DNA of 64,000 nucleotides from Albugo candida (Eukaryota): NCBI GenBank assembly GCA_040437565.1, contig JBDOQK010000004.1, positions 682,001 to 746,000 of the forward strand, read 5' to 3'. Shown piece by piece: positions 47,804 to 61,276 of this stretch (position 1 is its first letter; each line of letters starts with the position of its first letter). The notes under the pieces were generated by a model. It saw only the letters and a program-made list of their open reading frames with translations, ran no database searches and was not told where the DNA came from. The position numbers and the translations under genes were made by a program.

Positions 47804-49007
47804 ATGACGACCACGCTGGAAATGCTCGCATTGCTTCCTTACGCCATGTTTGTAGTGACAGCAATTGTTACATCGATATATATCCTTTTATGGGTGATAT
47901 CTCCGATTATTGAATCAAAACGTCTGAAAGAAGCACCCATAGTTTTACAGGAGCAATCGTATGAAGATCCGAATCAAACAACCGCAGAAGGAAATGCTCG
48001 GTAATGTTCCCCATCGCCGTTTTGATCTCAGTACAAACTATCTTCTCTCATTAGAATAAGTTTTGGCTCCATCTTGCATGAAAAAGCCTCATTGAGTCTT
48101 AGTATCATCGTACCCGCGTACAATGAGGAATCAAGAATCACCGAGACATTGGAAGACACAATTACGTACCTGGAAAAGAGAAAACAACAATCGACCGGTT
48201 TTACGTACGAAATAATAGTCGTGGATGATGGAAGTCAAGATCGAACTGTCAGTGTCGTGCTTGCTTTTGTTAAAAAGCATACTGTGCGACGCATCAAATT
48301 GCTTCGGCTAAAACAGAATCACGGAAAAGGGGGAGCCGTTAGGAAAGGAGTGTTACGCTCTTTAGGTGAAAAGATTCTGTTCACAGATGCGGATAATGCT
48401 ACGCATATTCGCGAACTTGTGAAATTAGAAGCAATCATGGATGAAGAGCATCTTGATGGGAAAGATGGCGTTATTGTCTGTGGTAGTAGAGCACATTTGG
48501 AGAAACAAGCCATTGCAAAGGTTTGACTACAAACTTATCTCTTTCTATTCTAATGTGTTTCCGAAAGCGCCATCCTCTTAGGAACATCCTCATGAATGGC
48601 TTTCATTTTCTCGTCTCCACTTTGTGTGTTAAAGAAATCCGAGACACGCAATGTGGTTTCAAGCTACTGGATCGAACTGCAGCTAAACTTGTCTTCATAC
48701 CGATGCATATCGAGCGATGGGGATTCGACGTAGAAATTCTCTACATAGCAATTCGCCACCATCTCACAATCAAAGTGCGTAATGCTGCATATCATGCTGC
48801 CATTCAATCAATCAACTTGCCATTGTGTAGGAAGTTGCAGTCGTATGGCGTGAAGTTCCCGGCTCAAAACTAAATGTTGCGACAGCGTCACTATCCATGT
48901 TGCGTGAGATCATTCTGATAAGACTGTGTTATTGCATCGGCCTATGGAACATTCATGACAGCTTCGCGTTCCTAAGAAATAGAGTTTCGAAGGAAAGCGG
49001 TCCATAA
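47804..49007 (+). CDS. ALG5: Dolichyl-phosphate beta-glucosyltransferase, 4 exons
   Basis: N-terminal TM; LSIIVPAYNEESRI; YEIIVVDDGSQD; NHGKGGAVRKG; LFTDADNAT; GSRAHLE; IRDTQCGFKL; RWGFDVEIL. Confidence 0.93.
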
Positions 49008-49088
49008 CACATTTGTAAATTGCGAACAATTCGTTATCTCCAATTGTTTCAAACCCTTCTTCGATTTATTTCGACGTAATTGTGAGAT

Positions 49089-50865
<1,777 letters not shown>

Positions 50866-50868
50866 TCT

Positions 50869-52197
50869 CTATGTTTGATAACATTCAATGTGACTTTTGT
50901 TATCAATTCTTTTCATCACCAAAAAAGCGTGATTTGTTTTGTTTGCTCGTCGGTATCCTCCATGCTTTGCACATAGCCCAGATGTACCTCGAGCTCCGGT
51001 GCTACAGCCCGGCACAGTGCATCGATATCCACCACCATGGAACAGGCAATACTCGCTACTTCCCTGAGCTCCTTTCGTGCAATCAATAGCATTACACCGC
51101 TTTCCACCACCATGCTTTTGACATCGACCTGATTTCCCACGAGCTCCTTTGGCGCAACCTGGGGCATTACATCTTCGGAATGTACTTTTCACTCGCGATT
51201 TTTTGACCGATTCCTGCCGGATGACTTTCATTGAGCTATTCGATGGCCATCTTGATTGATAAGAGTCCGCAAAAAGAGAAAGCGATGCTTCTGTATGCAT
51301 GTTATCTCGCTCCCAAGTTTTGTTTTTGCGCATCATCGAATTGCCCACGGAGTTTACAGAACATTTGGACCAAGTAGTCGGCATCCACTGCATCGATGCT
51401 GATGGAGGATGATCTCCAGTTCCGCTCATCCGCACTCTAACCGCGTTCTGGTGTCTGTAGCTCTCGGTATTTACATCATACTCTTGAAGAAGCTCTTGCT
51501 CCGTTTGCCACCGCGGCGTCATATGATATTGATAACTATCAGAGCGAGCATTGCATGAAGTGTCTAATCCTGGCTCGATGAAGATTCTTTTACTACCGTA
51601 AACTTTTTGATGACACAATGTTGACAACATGTCAGTGGTCTGCGCTTCGTCCAAAGTAAAGTCTCGCTCATACGTTACGAATAATGGAACTAAGGGCTGT
51701 AGATTTTGCTGTATAGAGATCGTGTCTATTGTATCTGATTGTTTAGGATCCCACAAAGAAGTGTACTTTTGCATCCATCCATTATGTATCGGCAGCTCAT
51801 GCGGTAGCTCCTCTCTAGCGGATGATTTACGTATCTGCAAACAATCCTCGTTTCTTGAGCTCCCCTCATTCGGATACATGGGATTATACGCAATCAAGCT
51901 TTTTTCGCTTTGTTGTGACACACTAGCAAATTGCCCATGCTCTTCATTGGGACAACATCGATCGTTGAAAGGAGACAGACTAAGACTTAGACTGAGCGCA
52001 TCTTCGTAATCAGTTGATTGGAAGTTGTGACTCCCATCGTCAAGTGCGTTCGAATGATTATGAGTAAGCCGCCAGTAAGAGTCTGCATACTGAGAAAGAA
52101 TTTTCGATGAAATGTCCCATTCGTGTTGCATTGTAAATGCGTATAACCGTCTCAAAATACGGAATGTTTTGAGAGTGGCACAAGACTCAGCTTTCAT
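50869..52197 (-). CDS. Protein with three C-terminal CxxxxC...CxxHGGG zinc-finger-like repeats (often mis-annotated as WRKY19-like)
   Basis: RCNAPGCAKGARGKSGRCQKHGGGKRCNAIDCTKGAQGSSEYCLFHGGGYRCTVPGC...CAKHGG; first in-frame ATG taken as start. Confidence 0.75.
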   Translation of the reverse strand: MKAESCATLKTFRILRRLYAFTMQHEWDISSKILSQYADSYWRLTHNHSNALDDGSHNFQSTDYEDALSLSLSLSPFNDRCCPNEEHGQFASVSQQSEKSLIAYNPMYPNEGSSRNEDCLQIRKSSAREELPHELPIHNGWMQKYTSLWDPKQSDTIDTISIQQNLQPLVPLFVTYERDFTLDEAQTTDMLSTLCHQKVYGSKRIFIEPGLDTSCNARSDSYQYHMTPRWQTEQELLQEYDVNTESYRHQNAVRVRMSGTGDHPPSASMQWMPTTWSKCSVNSVGNSMMRKNKTWERDNMHTEASLSLFADSYQSRWPSNSSMKVIRQESVKKSRVKSTFRRCNAPGCAKGARGKSGRCQKHGGGKRCNAIDCTKGAQGSSEYCLFHGGGYRCTVPGCSTGARGTSGLCAKHGGYRRANKTNHAFLVMKRIDNKSHIECYQT

Positions 52198-52553
52198 AGT
52201 ACAGAAAGTGCATGTGTACAGCTCCGTCAGCGGCACAAAAAAGAGCCATAGTGCATCTCTATCGGGTAAACTTCGTTCGATCGCATCCCTTTCCAGCAAA
52301 CGCAAATCTTTTTACCCTCTATATCGCTGACACACTCGTTGCTATTCAGCTCCACGGGAAACGCCTGTTTCCGCTGTAGAGAGCTTAGTACACGGCGAGC
52401 AACGGCTATGAGCTCGCAATGAGCCAAATACGGTTGCAAAGTGATGGCAGGATTTCGTTTATGTATATTGCTATGCTACTTATCCAATCAGACCTTGACA
52501 TTCTATCATGGAAATGGCGCCTTTATGTACAATTTGCTGCAAGCGTGCATGCA

Positions 52554-54654
52554 CTACCGCGTCTTACTTCGCTTCTCTGTGCGCTCATTTCGCAGTTCTT
52601 CTTTCAAGTCTTCGTATTCGCCATAACGAGCGCTACAATTCAAGAGTGAATGCCTGCTTTAATACGTTGATAGAGATAATTGCACCTTCGTTCTTCCTCT
52701 CTTTGAATATCCGCATAGCTTGCTTCCATGTTGATAGAATCTTCCGAATCGTAAGAGTAATTTCGATGACGATTCTTACGAAACATTGCGGTTATTGCGC
52801 CAGGCGCATAATCGTCTCCATCGTTAATCACAAAACTATCGTCACTATCGATATCGCTNNNNNNNNNNNNNNNNNNNNNNNNNNNNNNNNNNNNNNNNNN
52901 NNNNNNNNNNNNNNNNNNNNNNNNNNNNNNNNNNNNNNNNNNNNNNNNNNNNNNNNNNCGCAGTTCTTCTTTCAAGTCTTCGTATTCGCCATAACGAGCG
53001 CTACAATTCAAGAGTGAATGCCTGCTTTAATACGTTGATAGAGATAATTGCACCTTCGTTCTTCCTCTCTTTGAATATCCGCATAGCTTGCTTCCATGTT
53101 GATAGAATCTTCCGAATCGTAAGAGTAATTTCGATGACGATTCTTACGAAACATTGCGGTTATTGCGCCAGGCGCATAATCGTCTCCATCGTTAATCACA
53201 AAACTATCGTCACTATCGATATCGCTCGAAACCGCTTTTCGTTTCGATACTTTACGATTCGTAGGCAATGATTTGGATCGACTTTGTGCCGATGCTCTAG
53301 TTGCACTTTTCTTTTTCAAACTCTCCAATGCAATAACTATCATTCGATGATGACCTTTTTTGGGCACTAATCCAGGGACATCCGACTTTTCAATTGTACT
53401 TAATAGCTGGATAGAATCGAATCCATTCTCAAAAAAGGCTGGAGCATATTCGCTCATGTCGTGAGGCAGACCTAAAAAACAAATCAGACGGACCATTGTT
53501 TTAGAGAAATGTGAAGGTGTCGACCTCGTAGCCATTGGAGCACTTCCCGTTGGCCTTCTGACAGTGTCGTTTGTGCTTTTGGTTTGACGCCGCGTCCAGT
53601 TGATGCAGTCTTGCTCTTCGGTCCTGCTGTCTTGGAAGAATCTGGCACCACATCAGTTGAGCCAAATACGCGAGGATACTTTTTATCAAGGTAAGCTTTT
53701 CGAGCATCAACAGGTCCATTTTGTCTAGAAACGGATGAAGACTGCGCGGAGTGGTTTTCTGATATCCGATTGCTCGAATTAGTTGTTGACAAAGCTCGGT
53801 ATTTTGACATACGAAAAGCATGGCGTTCCTCAGCTGACCTACGTGAAATATCATCATCGATTTAAGGATATTGATAAAAAACATTACATCGGTTTCCTCG
53901 AGTCCGATGGCATTTGTAGCCTCCTTCCATTAGAAATTCTATTCGCGCTGGAAACGAAAGATTCATTTGAAGGCGGTTTTCCTCTCTGTAAATTTGGACG
54001 ATTGATTGAAGTCGGAGCCGATCGTACTCGTGATGCGGCTATCACACGCCCTGCGGTCGAAATGGACTGTTTCTCTCGATGTTGGCGAAATTTCATTCCG
54101 TTCGTAGAAAATGTTCTCGCTGATTTCATTGCAGATATCTTCGTTCCCTTGGTTCTTTTCGCAATCGGCCCATTGAGCATTTGGATAGTTCTGGAGTTTT
54201 TCTTTGCCTTTTCATTCGCGTAATTTTCCTGAATTTTTTTTCGAGCATTTTCGTACTTCACCGAAATCGACTCTGATGCAATTCGTTGTGGATGATGGCT
54301 AGCTGAAGCGCTTGAAGCCTTACCTCCTTGCCTGGATATGGTCACGATAGTGTTTCGTTCTTGTATGCTTTTTTTCCTCTCGGGAGAAGCTCTTACCCCA
54401 ACCTGTTCTTTCCACTTTTTTGTCAATGTACTGCTGTAGCCTCTGATCACATGATCTTGATGCTTTTTGAGTCGATTGACCATTTTGCCTATATTCGTTC
54501 GTTTTAAGAGATCCATGTCTACCTTTAGCATTGTGAGTTTATTCAGTATATTCTGAAGGTCATTAACATTGTTAAGACTTGTTTGCCAATTCTCTTGCTT
54601 CACAAATGACTTGATTTTCTCGGCCATCGCCACGACATCGACCTCGGATGCCAT
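52554..54654 (-). CDS. SPT2-like chromatin protein with N-terminal TFIIS-N domain and SAM-like domain, multi-exon
   Basis: TFIIS-N: LTMLKVDMDLLKRTNIGKMVNRLKKH...LTKKWK; SAM-like: MSEYAPAFFENGFDSIQLL...KKGHHRMI; SPT2 C-terminus DSDDSFVIND...MEASYADIQREEER|SARYGEYEDLKEE. 52591-52858 is duplicated across the gap. Confidence 0.75.
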
Positions 54655-54807
54655 ACTTAAAAAACCGTTTACACAAATAGTTAGGTTCGGGTATAGTAAA
54701 CACTGTANNNNNNNNNNNNNNNNNNNNNNNNNNNNNNNNNNNNNNNNNNNNNNNNNNNNNNNNNNNNNNNNNNNNNNNNNNNNNNNNNNNNNNNNNNNNN
54801 NNNNNNN

Positions 54808-56458
54808 CATTTCGACACGTTCATTTGCTTCCAATCCATTCATTCTCGGTATAGAAACAAGGTAATGCACTAGACGGATGCTTTTAGACTCACATTACCA
54901 AGTATCAACGTGTAAAAAGCTGTGATGACACTGCAGTCGCGATTCTAGATGAGCATGGTGACATATGCAGTGATATCGTTTCTTCACAATGGGAACTACA
55001 AACCAAATGGAAAGGTGCTCTTCTGGATCCTTTCAATAAAAGATTCATACGTATACGATTTTCAGGAGTGGTGCCAGCGCTGGCGGCCAGAGCTCATGAG
55101 ACAAATTTACCTCATGTGATCCAGGCGGCGGTCGAACAGAGGTCCAGATTGCGGTATTCGTGGCGTCAGATCACTCACACATCAATTGTAGCAATTTGAA
55201 GAGTATGAAGCATTTGCGCGCAATAGCGGTCACATCTGGACCCGGACTCGCCCCATGTTTGGATGTCGGATTGTCGATGGCAAAGCAGCTTTCTTTGACG
55301 CACTCACTTCCATTTATAAAAGTAAATCATTTAGAGGTAATCCTTACAGGTTCAAGTTTCTGGATCCCTGAGTCGATACATCATTTATAGGCACACATTT
55401 TGGTGGCAAGACTTCCAAACGTACGATATAAGACGCGCTGTATGAGGACAGCTACAGCTGACATCAGTCATTTTGTAGTTGTGTGAAGAAATTCCTATAT
55501 TCCCTTTCCTCGTGCTACTTGTCTCTGGAGGTCACTGCTGTTTGGTTCTCGCAAGGGTGAGGTCCAGTTTCGGGCTTTGATGCGATTTCATCGACCTTTT
55601 GGTTTGATAGAGCATTGGAGAGTACCAATTGCTTGGAAGCACATTGGACGACTCTGTCGGTGAATCTTTTGATAAAGTGGCGCGATTGCTAGAATTATCT
55701 GAAGAAAAAGATGTCATGCATGGAGGCAAACTTGTCGAGATGATGGCGCTCCAAGGAGATCCTTCCATCTTCCAATTTACAGAACCAATGAGACATCGCT
55801 CGGTAATGACCGCATCGATCGCTTCTGAGGCCTTCATTTTCATCGGCTCAATAGGATTGTGACTTTTCTTACTCTGGAATCAAATCGGCAATGCTTCGTC
55901 GCGTACATCAGGTACAAGAACCATCACTCGTCATCTCTCCATGTAACAATGAGTGACAATTCTTCAGCTTGGCAAGCCAACTGCTCGTCAGAAAGCGGAT
56001 CTATGTGCCGCCTTCCAGCACGCCGCAGTGAGTCAGCTGGTGTCGAAAACGGAACGTGCTTGTGTATGGGGGAAGGAACTTCTTGGATCTCGTCTCAAGC
56101 ATTTGGTTTGTTTCGCAATGATGTCGCATTTCCTCATATATTATAATGTCGATCTATAGGTCGTTTGTGGAGGAGTTGCAAGCAACCAGTATCTATTTCG
56201 CCGTATGAAAGCTCTCGCAGACGCTCAAGGTGGGTATTCTGTACCATCCATCCATCGTAGACTACCTTTTATCGTCTAGATATGATCGCCATCGTTCCCC
56301 CTGCGAGATACTGCACAGATAATGCAGCTATGATTGCCTTTGCTGGATTACAGCGGTATCATGGTGGGAGTCGAGATGAACCATTAGACGCGCGTTACGA
56401 TCCACGATGGCGTCTTCAAGATCTAGTTCCACCAGGCCTGGTATCTTCTCACTCGTAA
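54808..56458 (+). CDS. OSGEPL1: Mitochondrial tRNA N6-adenosine threonylcarbamoyltransferase (Qri7/OSGEPL1/TsaD), multi-exon; start lies in the gap
   Basis: [84 protein letters not shown]. Confidence 0.92.
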
Positions 56459-56531
56459 GCAGTGTGCAAGATGCCATCTTTGGCGTATATTTTGCAATAG
56501 ACTCAATTCATATCAAATTCAACCCAAAGTG

Positions 56532-57701
56532 TTATGCAAGCAATGCATCCGCGTGGAAATTGATGTGCTCTTCGACAAAAGTAGAGATGAAAAAATAACT
56601 GTGATCGTATCCGTCGTGAAAGCGAATTGTCACTTTTTGATCAACGCTTTTGCACGCAGCCTACAGCAAGAGAATTAAAAAAGACGCCTCATTTTGTAGT
56701 ATAAATTCTTACTTCAAAAGCCTCTGGAAGTAGCTGCTTTTCAAGATAGAATGAATCATCTGTTCCTTGATCAATCAGAATTTCTTGTGGAATCGGACCC
56801 TTCTGTAGCATCAAATACGTCGCATCGTACTCCTAAATAAAGCCCTTTCAGTGATCATGAAAAAGTGGCTTATTGCTCGCAACCTTCCATGTATCTTGAT
56901 CACAGCCGAGATAGCCCGTAAAGGCCTTGATGCCCCAAGGGCATTCCATTGGATGTGAGATTGGAGCAAATGCCGAGACGGATGCGTAAGAGCTCTATCA
57001 CAATCAAATTGAGTGCCCGAATTGACAGAATTGAGTAATCTTTCAACTTGCCGCATTACGAAGCGCCAAAATGAGGGCTCCATGCCCACCCATCGAATGT
57101 CCCATAATTGACTTTTTTTCCTCCAAAATTGAAAAGTTTCGTGACAACAATGACGGCAGCTCCTGGCGGCATGAAATGAGTATTCTTTTTTTCTACGGTG
57201 AAGAAATGGCACTCACTTTGATAAGATACGAATACATTTGATAATGCTCCTTCCAATTGGCCTCAGTAGCGTCCACGTAGAATCCTGCGGCTATCCAAAA
57301 GATGGAGTATCATCGCCAAGTTTTAATCGAACACGCCAACCTGTGCCGAAATCCCAATCATCGTTTTGGCCTTCGATCGTGATGCCGCGTGGACTAGTAA
57401 CAGCGCTTGTGATAGCGCGTTCAAGCATCAAAAAATGAGCTTTAAAGCACCTTGTATCAGGACAAACGATTGCAATTCCTCTTATGGAAGCAGCTTTCAA
57501 AGCATTCGAAGCTTTCGTGAAGAAAAGCTCGTCATTACACGTAAGCCCGGCTAAATAAAACACCACAGGAACTTTGTGTGCATCAGATGCCACAGACGGT
57601 AAGAAAACGCTAAATGTCATTTTGCATTTGGTCGTCTCGCTCTCGTGACAATAGCGCTTGATGTAGCCATCGTGCGCTTTAACTCGTTTAAGTAGCTCCA
57701 T
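56532..57701 (-). CDS. ESD: S-formylglutathione hydrolase (esterase D), multi-exon
   Basis: [62 protein letters not shown]. Confidence 0.92.
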
Positions 57702-57873
57702 TTACGAAATAGAACTTACTTTTTGCGCAAATAATGTGACACATTCAAATAGGAATTCACCAAATGTGATGCCATTTCCTTCGCTATAGCGACGAGCACG
57801 CATACGCCGCCATTATCCATCAAAAGAGTCCTCGATGCTGTGCTTTGTCATCCGATCCATCCTTCCGATAGTC

Positions 57874-60800
57874 TTAAATCCTGGGTCGTTTAGGCTGTAT
57901 GTAGTCTTGTATCGACACTAGCAAATTGTTAAAGCTGGTACTAAAGCCCACTCTTGGAGTGAAGTGATGGAGCTGCATTCGCGAGAATGTGTACTGCTTG
58001 TCGAATCCGAGCTCAACGAGATTTAGCATGACTGGAAGTATACAGCGTCCAATTTGAGCTGCTTCGTTCATTTGTGACTCGAGCAATTCATTTTCCGAGC
58101 ACTCTTTTGTCAAAATCGGAAGAACCGCTGAGCATTTTGTGACTGCTGCCTCATAGATCGTTTTCCGAATTGTGACGTCCCACTTTGCGTTTTCTGGAGG
58201 ACCTTCAATGCATACGCGGAAGCCGTTCGCGAAAAGCTGATCTGCCAAACGCATCACAAAGTCCAGGTGATGATCTCCATGGAGGATGAGCACATATGGC
58301 AAAGTTAAGTCAACCTGAGTATCCTCCGCATTTTCCGGCATGTAAAAAATCCCATATTGATCAGTTTTCCGAGCGATACTCTTCAATCGACGATGATTTG
58401 AGATTGAAATTCGCTCGTGTGTTCGCTCGGCAATGTGCTCTTGTACGCGGAGTAAAAGAAGGCGTATCACGGCTGTGTACTTTTCCTCATCGTATACGTA
58501 AGAAATATTCCTCTTGTCCGACTTATCAATGTCGATGATCGAAGGCTCGAACGAGACGATGGCGCTTGAATCAATATAGGCTTTGAGATCACTGTCAATT
58601 ACAGCATTTTCGGTCGACACAGCGACGATCGGAGTGCCAACTTCCCTCGCTACCGCTAATTCTTTCAAGCACCATTCTGATTTCGGGTAATCTTCTGTGA
58701 TAATCGCGACAACCAAGACAGCACTGGTGATACCGCGTGCTATTTCCTCCCTCCATACAGCCCCACCACCAATTCCACTTGGATCCACTACAAGAATTCA
58801 CACGTGAGAAAGAAGATCCATGATTAATGGACCAGTATACTTAGATCAAGCCATGTGGTGATAGAAGCGTCTTCGAGATCTTTACGAAGTCGTTTTGCAA
58901 ACTCGCTGTGTGAATGTGTATAACTGATCATAACGTCACGTTTTCCAGCGGCTCGCTTGATTTCGTATTGTAAGTTTGTCGCTGTCGTGCAATCCAGCGG
59001 TCGAAATCCATCGTGATTCGTCATCATCAAGTCTGCTCCGCATGAAAGCAATGCTAAAGAGGTCTCCAGATGTTCTTTTTTGACAGCGATATGCAAAGGA
59101 GTGTCACCATTGGGAAGCTGCTCATTGATATCTGCGCCTGCATTCACCAAATGCTTTATGCCTTCCTTCGATGTGTTTTGGAATTGTGCCGCACAATGGA
59201 GAGGAACCATCGAATACGAGTCTCTCAGTTGCACATTTGCTCCACGCGACGTCAGAATATGAATGATACTGGAACGGCCTGTGCGCGCAGCCCAATGCAA
59301 AGGCGTTCGTCCTTTTGCGTCCTGGAAATTTGGATCAGCACCACGCTCCAGCAATAACTCAACTGTCCCCTGCATTCCATTGACTGCACCCCAATGCAAA
59401 GGAGTTCGACGATGAAATCCTTGGTAGCCTTGTTCTCCCAAACAATTTGGATCGGCTTTCGCTTTAAGAAGCTTCCGAACTTTGTTGACTTTATTACTCG
59501 CTGCAGCAGAGTGAAGTGGAGTGAGCGCAACATCGCCTCCCCACTGCTCTAATTCAAACGCGACTGGAATATTGCCTCGTAAATAAGCAAGCTGTAGGGC
59601 GGTGAGCGTATTCATTCGACCGGGATCAGGAACCTGAAGATGATTTGCTCCGGCTTGCATCAGAATTCGTACAATTTCAGCATTATCAGCGAGAAAAAGC
59701 GGAGGCACACGCTCCGACCAATATGACGACTTTGAATACAGATTCACATCGGCACCATGATCGATCAGCCATTTGACCGATTCAATCTGTCCTCTTGCAA
59801 CAGCACAATGCAAAGGTGTCACAAGCGTCGTCCGGAACACCGTTGTGGCTGTTTCGTCGTAACTCGCTGCAGGCCGCGACACGAATGCCTGAGCAAAATA
59901 CCAGAAAAAGTCTCCGGTCGTGAAGCGAACTCGCATGACTTTGTCAAGACTATTCACCGAAAAATGGGCGGCATGAAGCATCTTAAGAACAGTGACATTT
60001 CCTTTCTGAGCAGCAATATGCATTGGATTCTTTTTTGATTCACCAAAGAAAAACAATCGAAACGCTGGTGTCCGGTACATCCATTTTCCAAAATCAACGC
60101 CGAACAATCGCTGTCCTCTGGCAATGAGTTTTTCAATTTGAGAGAAATCACCGACTTTGGCTGCTTTGTACAGCTGCTTTCGAAGGGTGCTTTTCGACTG
60201 AGCTGCTTCAGAACGACACCATCGATATTTTCCTCCGAATCGCGAGCGTATATCGCCACTTTGATCGCTCTCTTTGAAGGCTCCCAATTGCATCTTTATG
60301 TGCTCTCGGAATCGCGCAAAGTATCGGAGCTGTGTAAATGTAAGACAATACGCCACAAAAGCACCAGTAGCATACAATTGCACCACACTTTCAGAGCACG
60401 ACAATGTTCGACCTTGAAATAAGCTCCAAAGAAAATAAAAGAGTACAACGAGGTTGATGGCCAGCACTATCACACCGAGTGCTTCACAGAACTGCAAGTA
60501 AAACGTACGACGAATCTTTGTAATTGCTGTGTGAAATTCGGTTTGAATGCGTTCAGAGTGCGAGTTTCGATGAAATGGCTCAAAAATGCGCCAACCAGTG
60601 GCAGGAAGCCCCAGCAAAATAACAATTGGAAGCATATGGAATACCATAGTTGCGTACACCACGATCGTTGTGCAATTCGTGTCGCATCTCACGTGTGGAG
60701 CGCATTTTTCTGAGCGTAATGCCAATGATTTCCAAAAATTATGCACCTTAATACCGCTATCTTCATTTCGACTATCAAACACGTAATATAATACGATTCC

Positions 60801-61151
60801 GAGCGTGTCTATCGTACACAATAAAACCATGCAATCTCGCAATTTACAAGCGAAATACGAATTCGACTGATATCCTCTGCCAAGTAAATACTTTGGTAGC
60901 GGTCGGGCATTTCCATTCAGCACCAGAGACTCTGTTCCCTTCATCGGGTCTTCTAACACGGGAAGCGTATCGCACGCTGCAATGGACCCTGATGGATGAC
61001 AAAGTGTGGCTTCGTCACGATGCGGACGATAAGCTCCTGCACCTTCACTATCGCCTCGTTTTAATACGTCTGCGGATTTAGAAATTTCGCTATGAACAAT
61101 GTGAACTGGCGTAAGCGTTGTTCTCGTTTCATTCATTCGGTGCGCAGCCAA
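57874..61151 (-). CDS. Multi-pass membrane protein with ankyrin repeats and two tandem TIR domains (~1074 aa, 2 exons)
   Basis: About four hydrophobic segments in the N-terminal third; about ten ankyrin repeats (NPMHIAA, TPLHCAV, TPLHSAA, TPLHWGA, TPLHWAA, VPLHCAA, TPLHIAV); intron 58788-58840 joins DVMISYTH...TWLDL|MDPSGIGGGAVWREEIARGI...SEWCLKEL (TIR_2-type); second degenerate TIR YVLILHG...AVTKCSAVLPIL...CILPVML. Confidence 0.85.
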
Positions 61152-61276
61152 TCGGTCGAAATAATTAGAAAAAAGTATAAATTCGACTTCTCTTTAGCGA
61201 TTATAAAAAGCGTTATAACGACATCTGCGGGGTCTGGAAATCGCTCTGTATCGAGCAATTCTGAAAACTTGGAGCT

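Noticed and set aside
50869-51180. WRKY transcription factor
   Set aside because: No WRKYGQK motif; only CxxHGGG repeats.
52591-53226. Duplicated SPT2 C-terminal exon
   Set aside because: Gap-flanking overlap.
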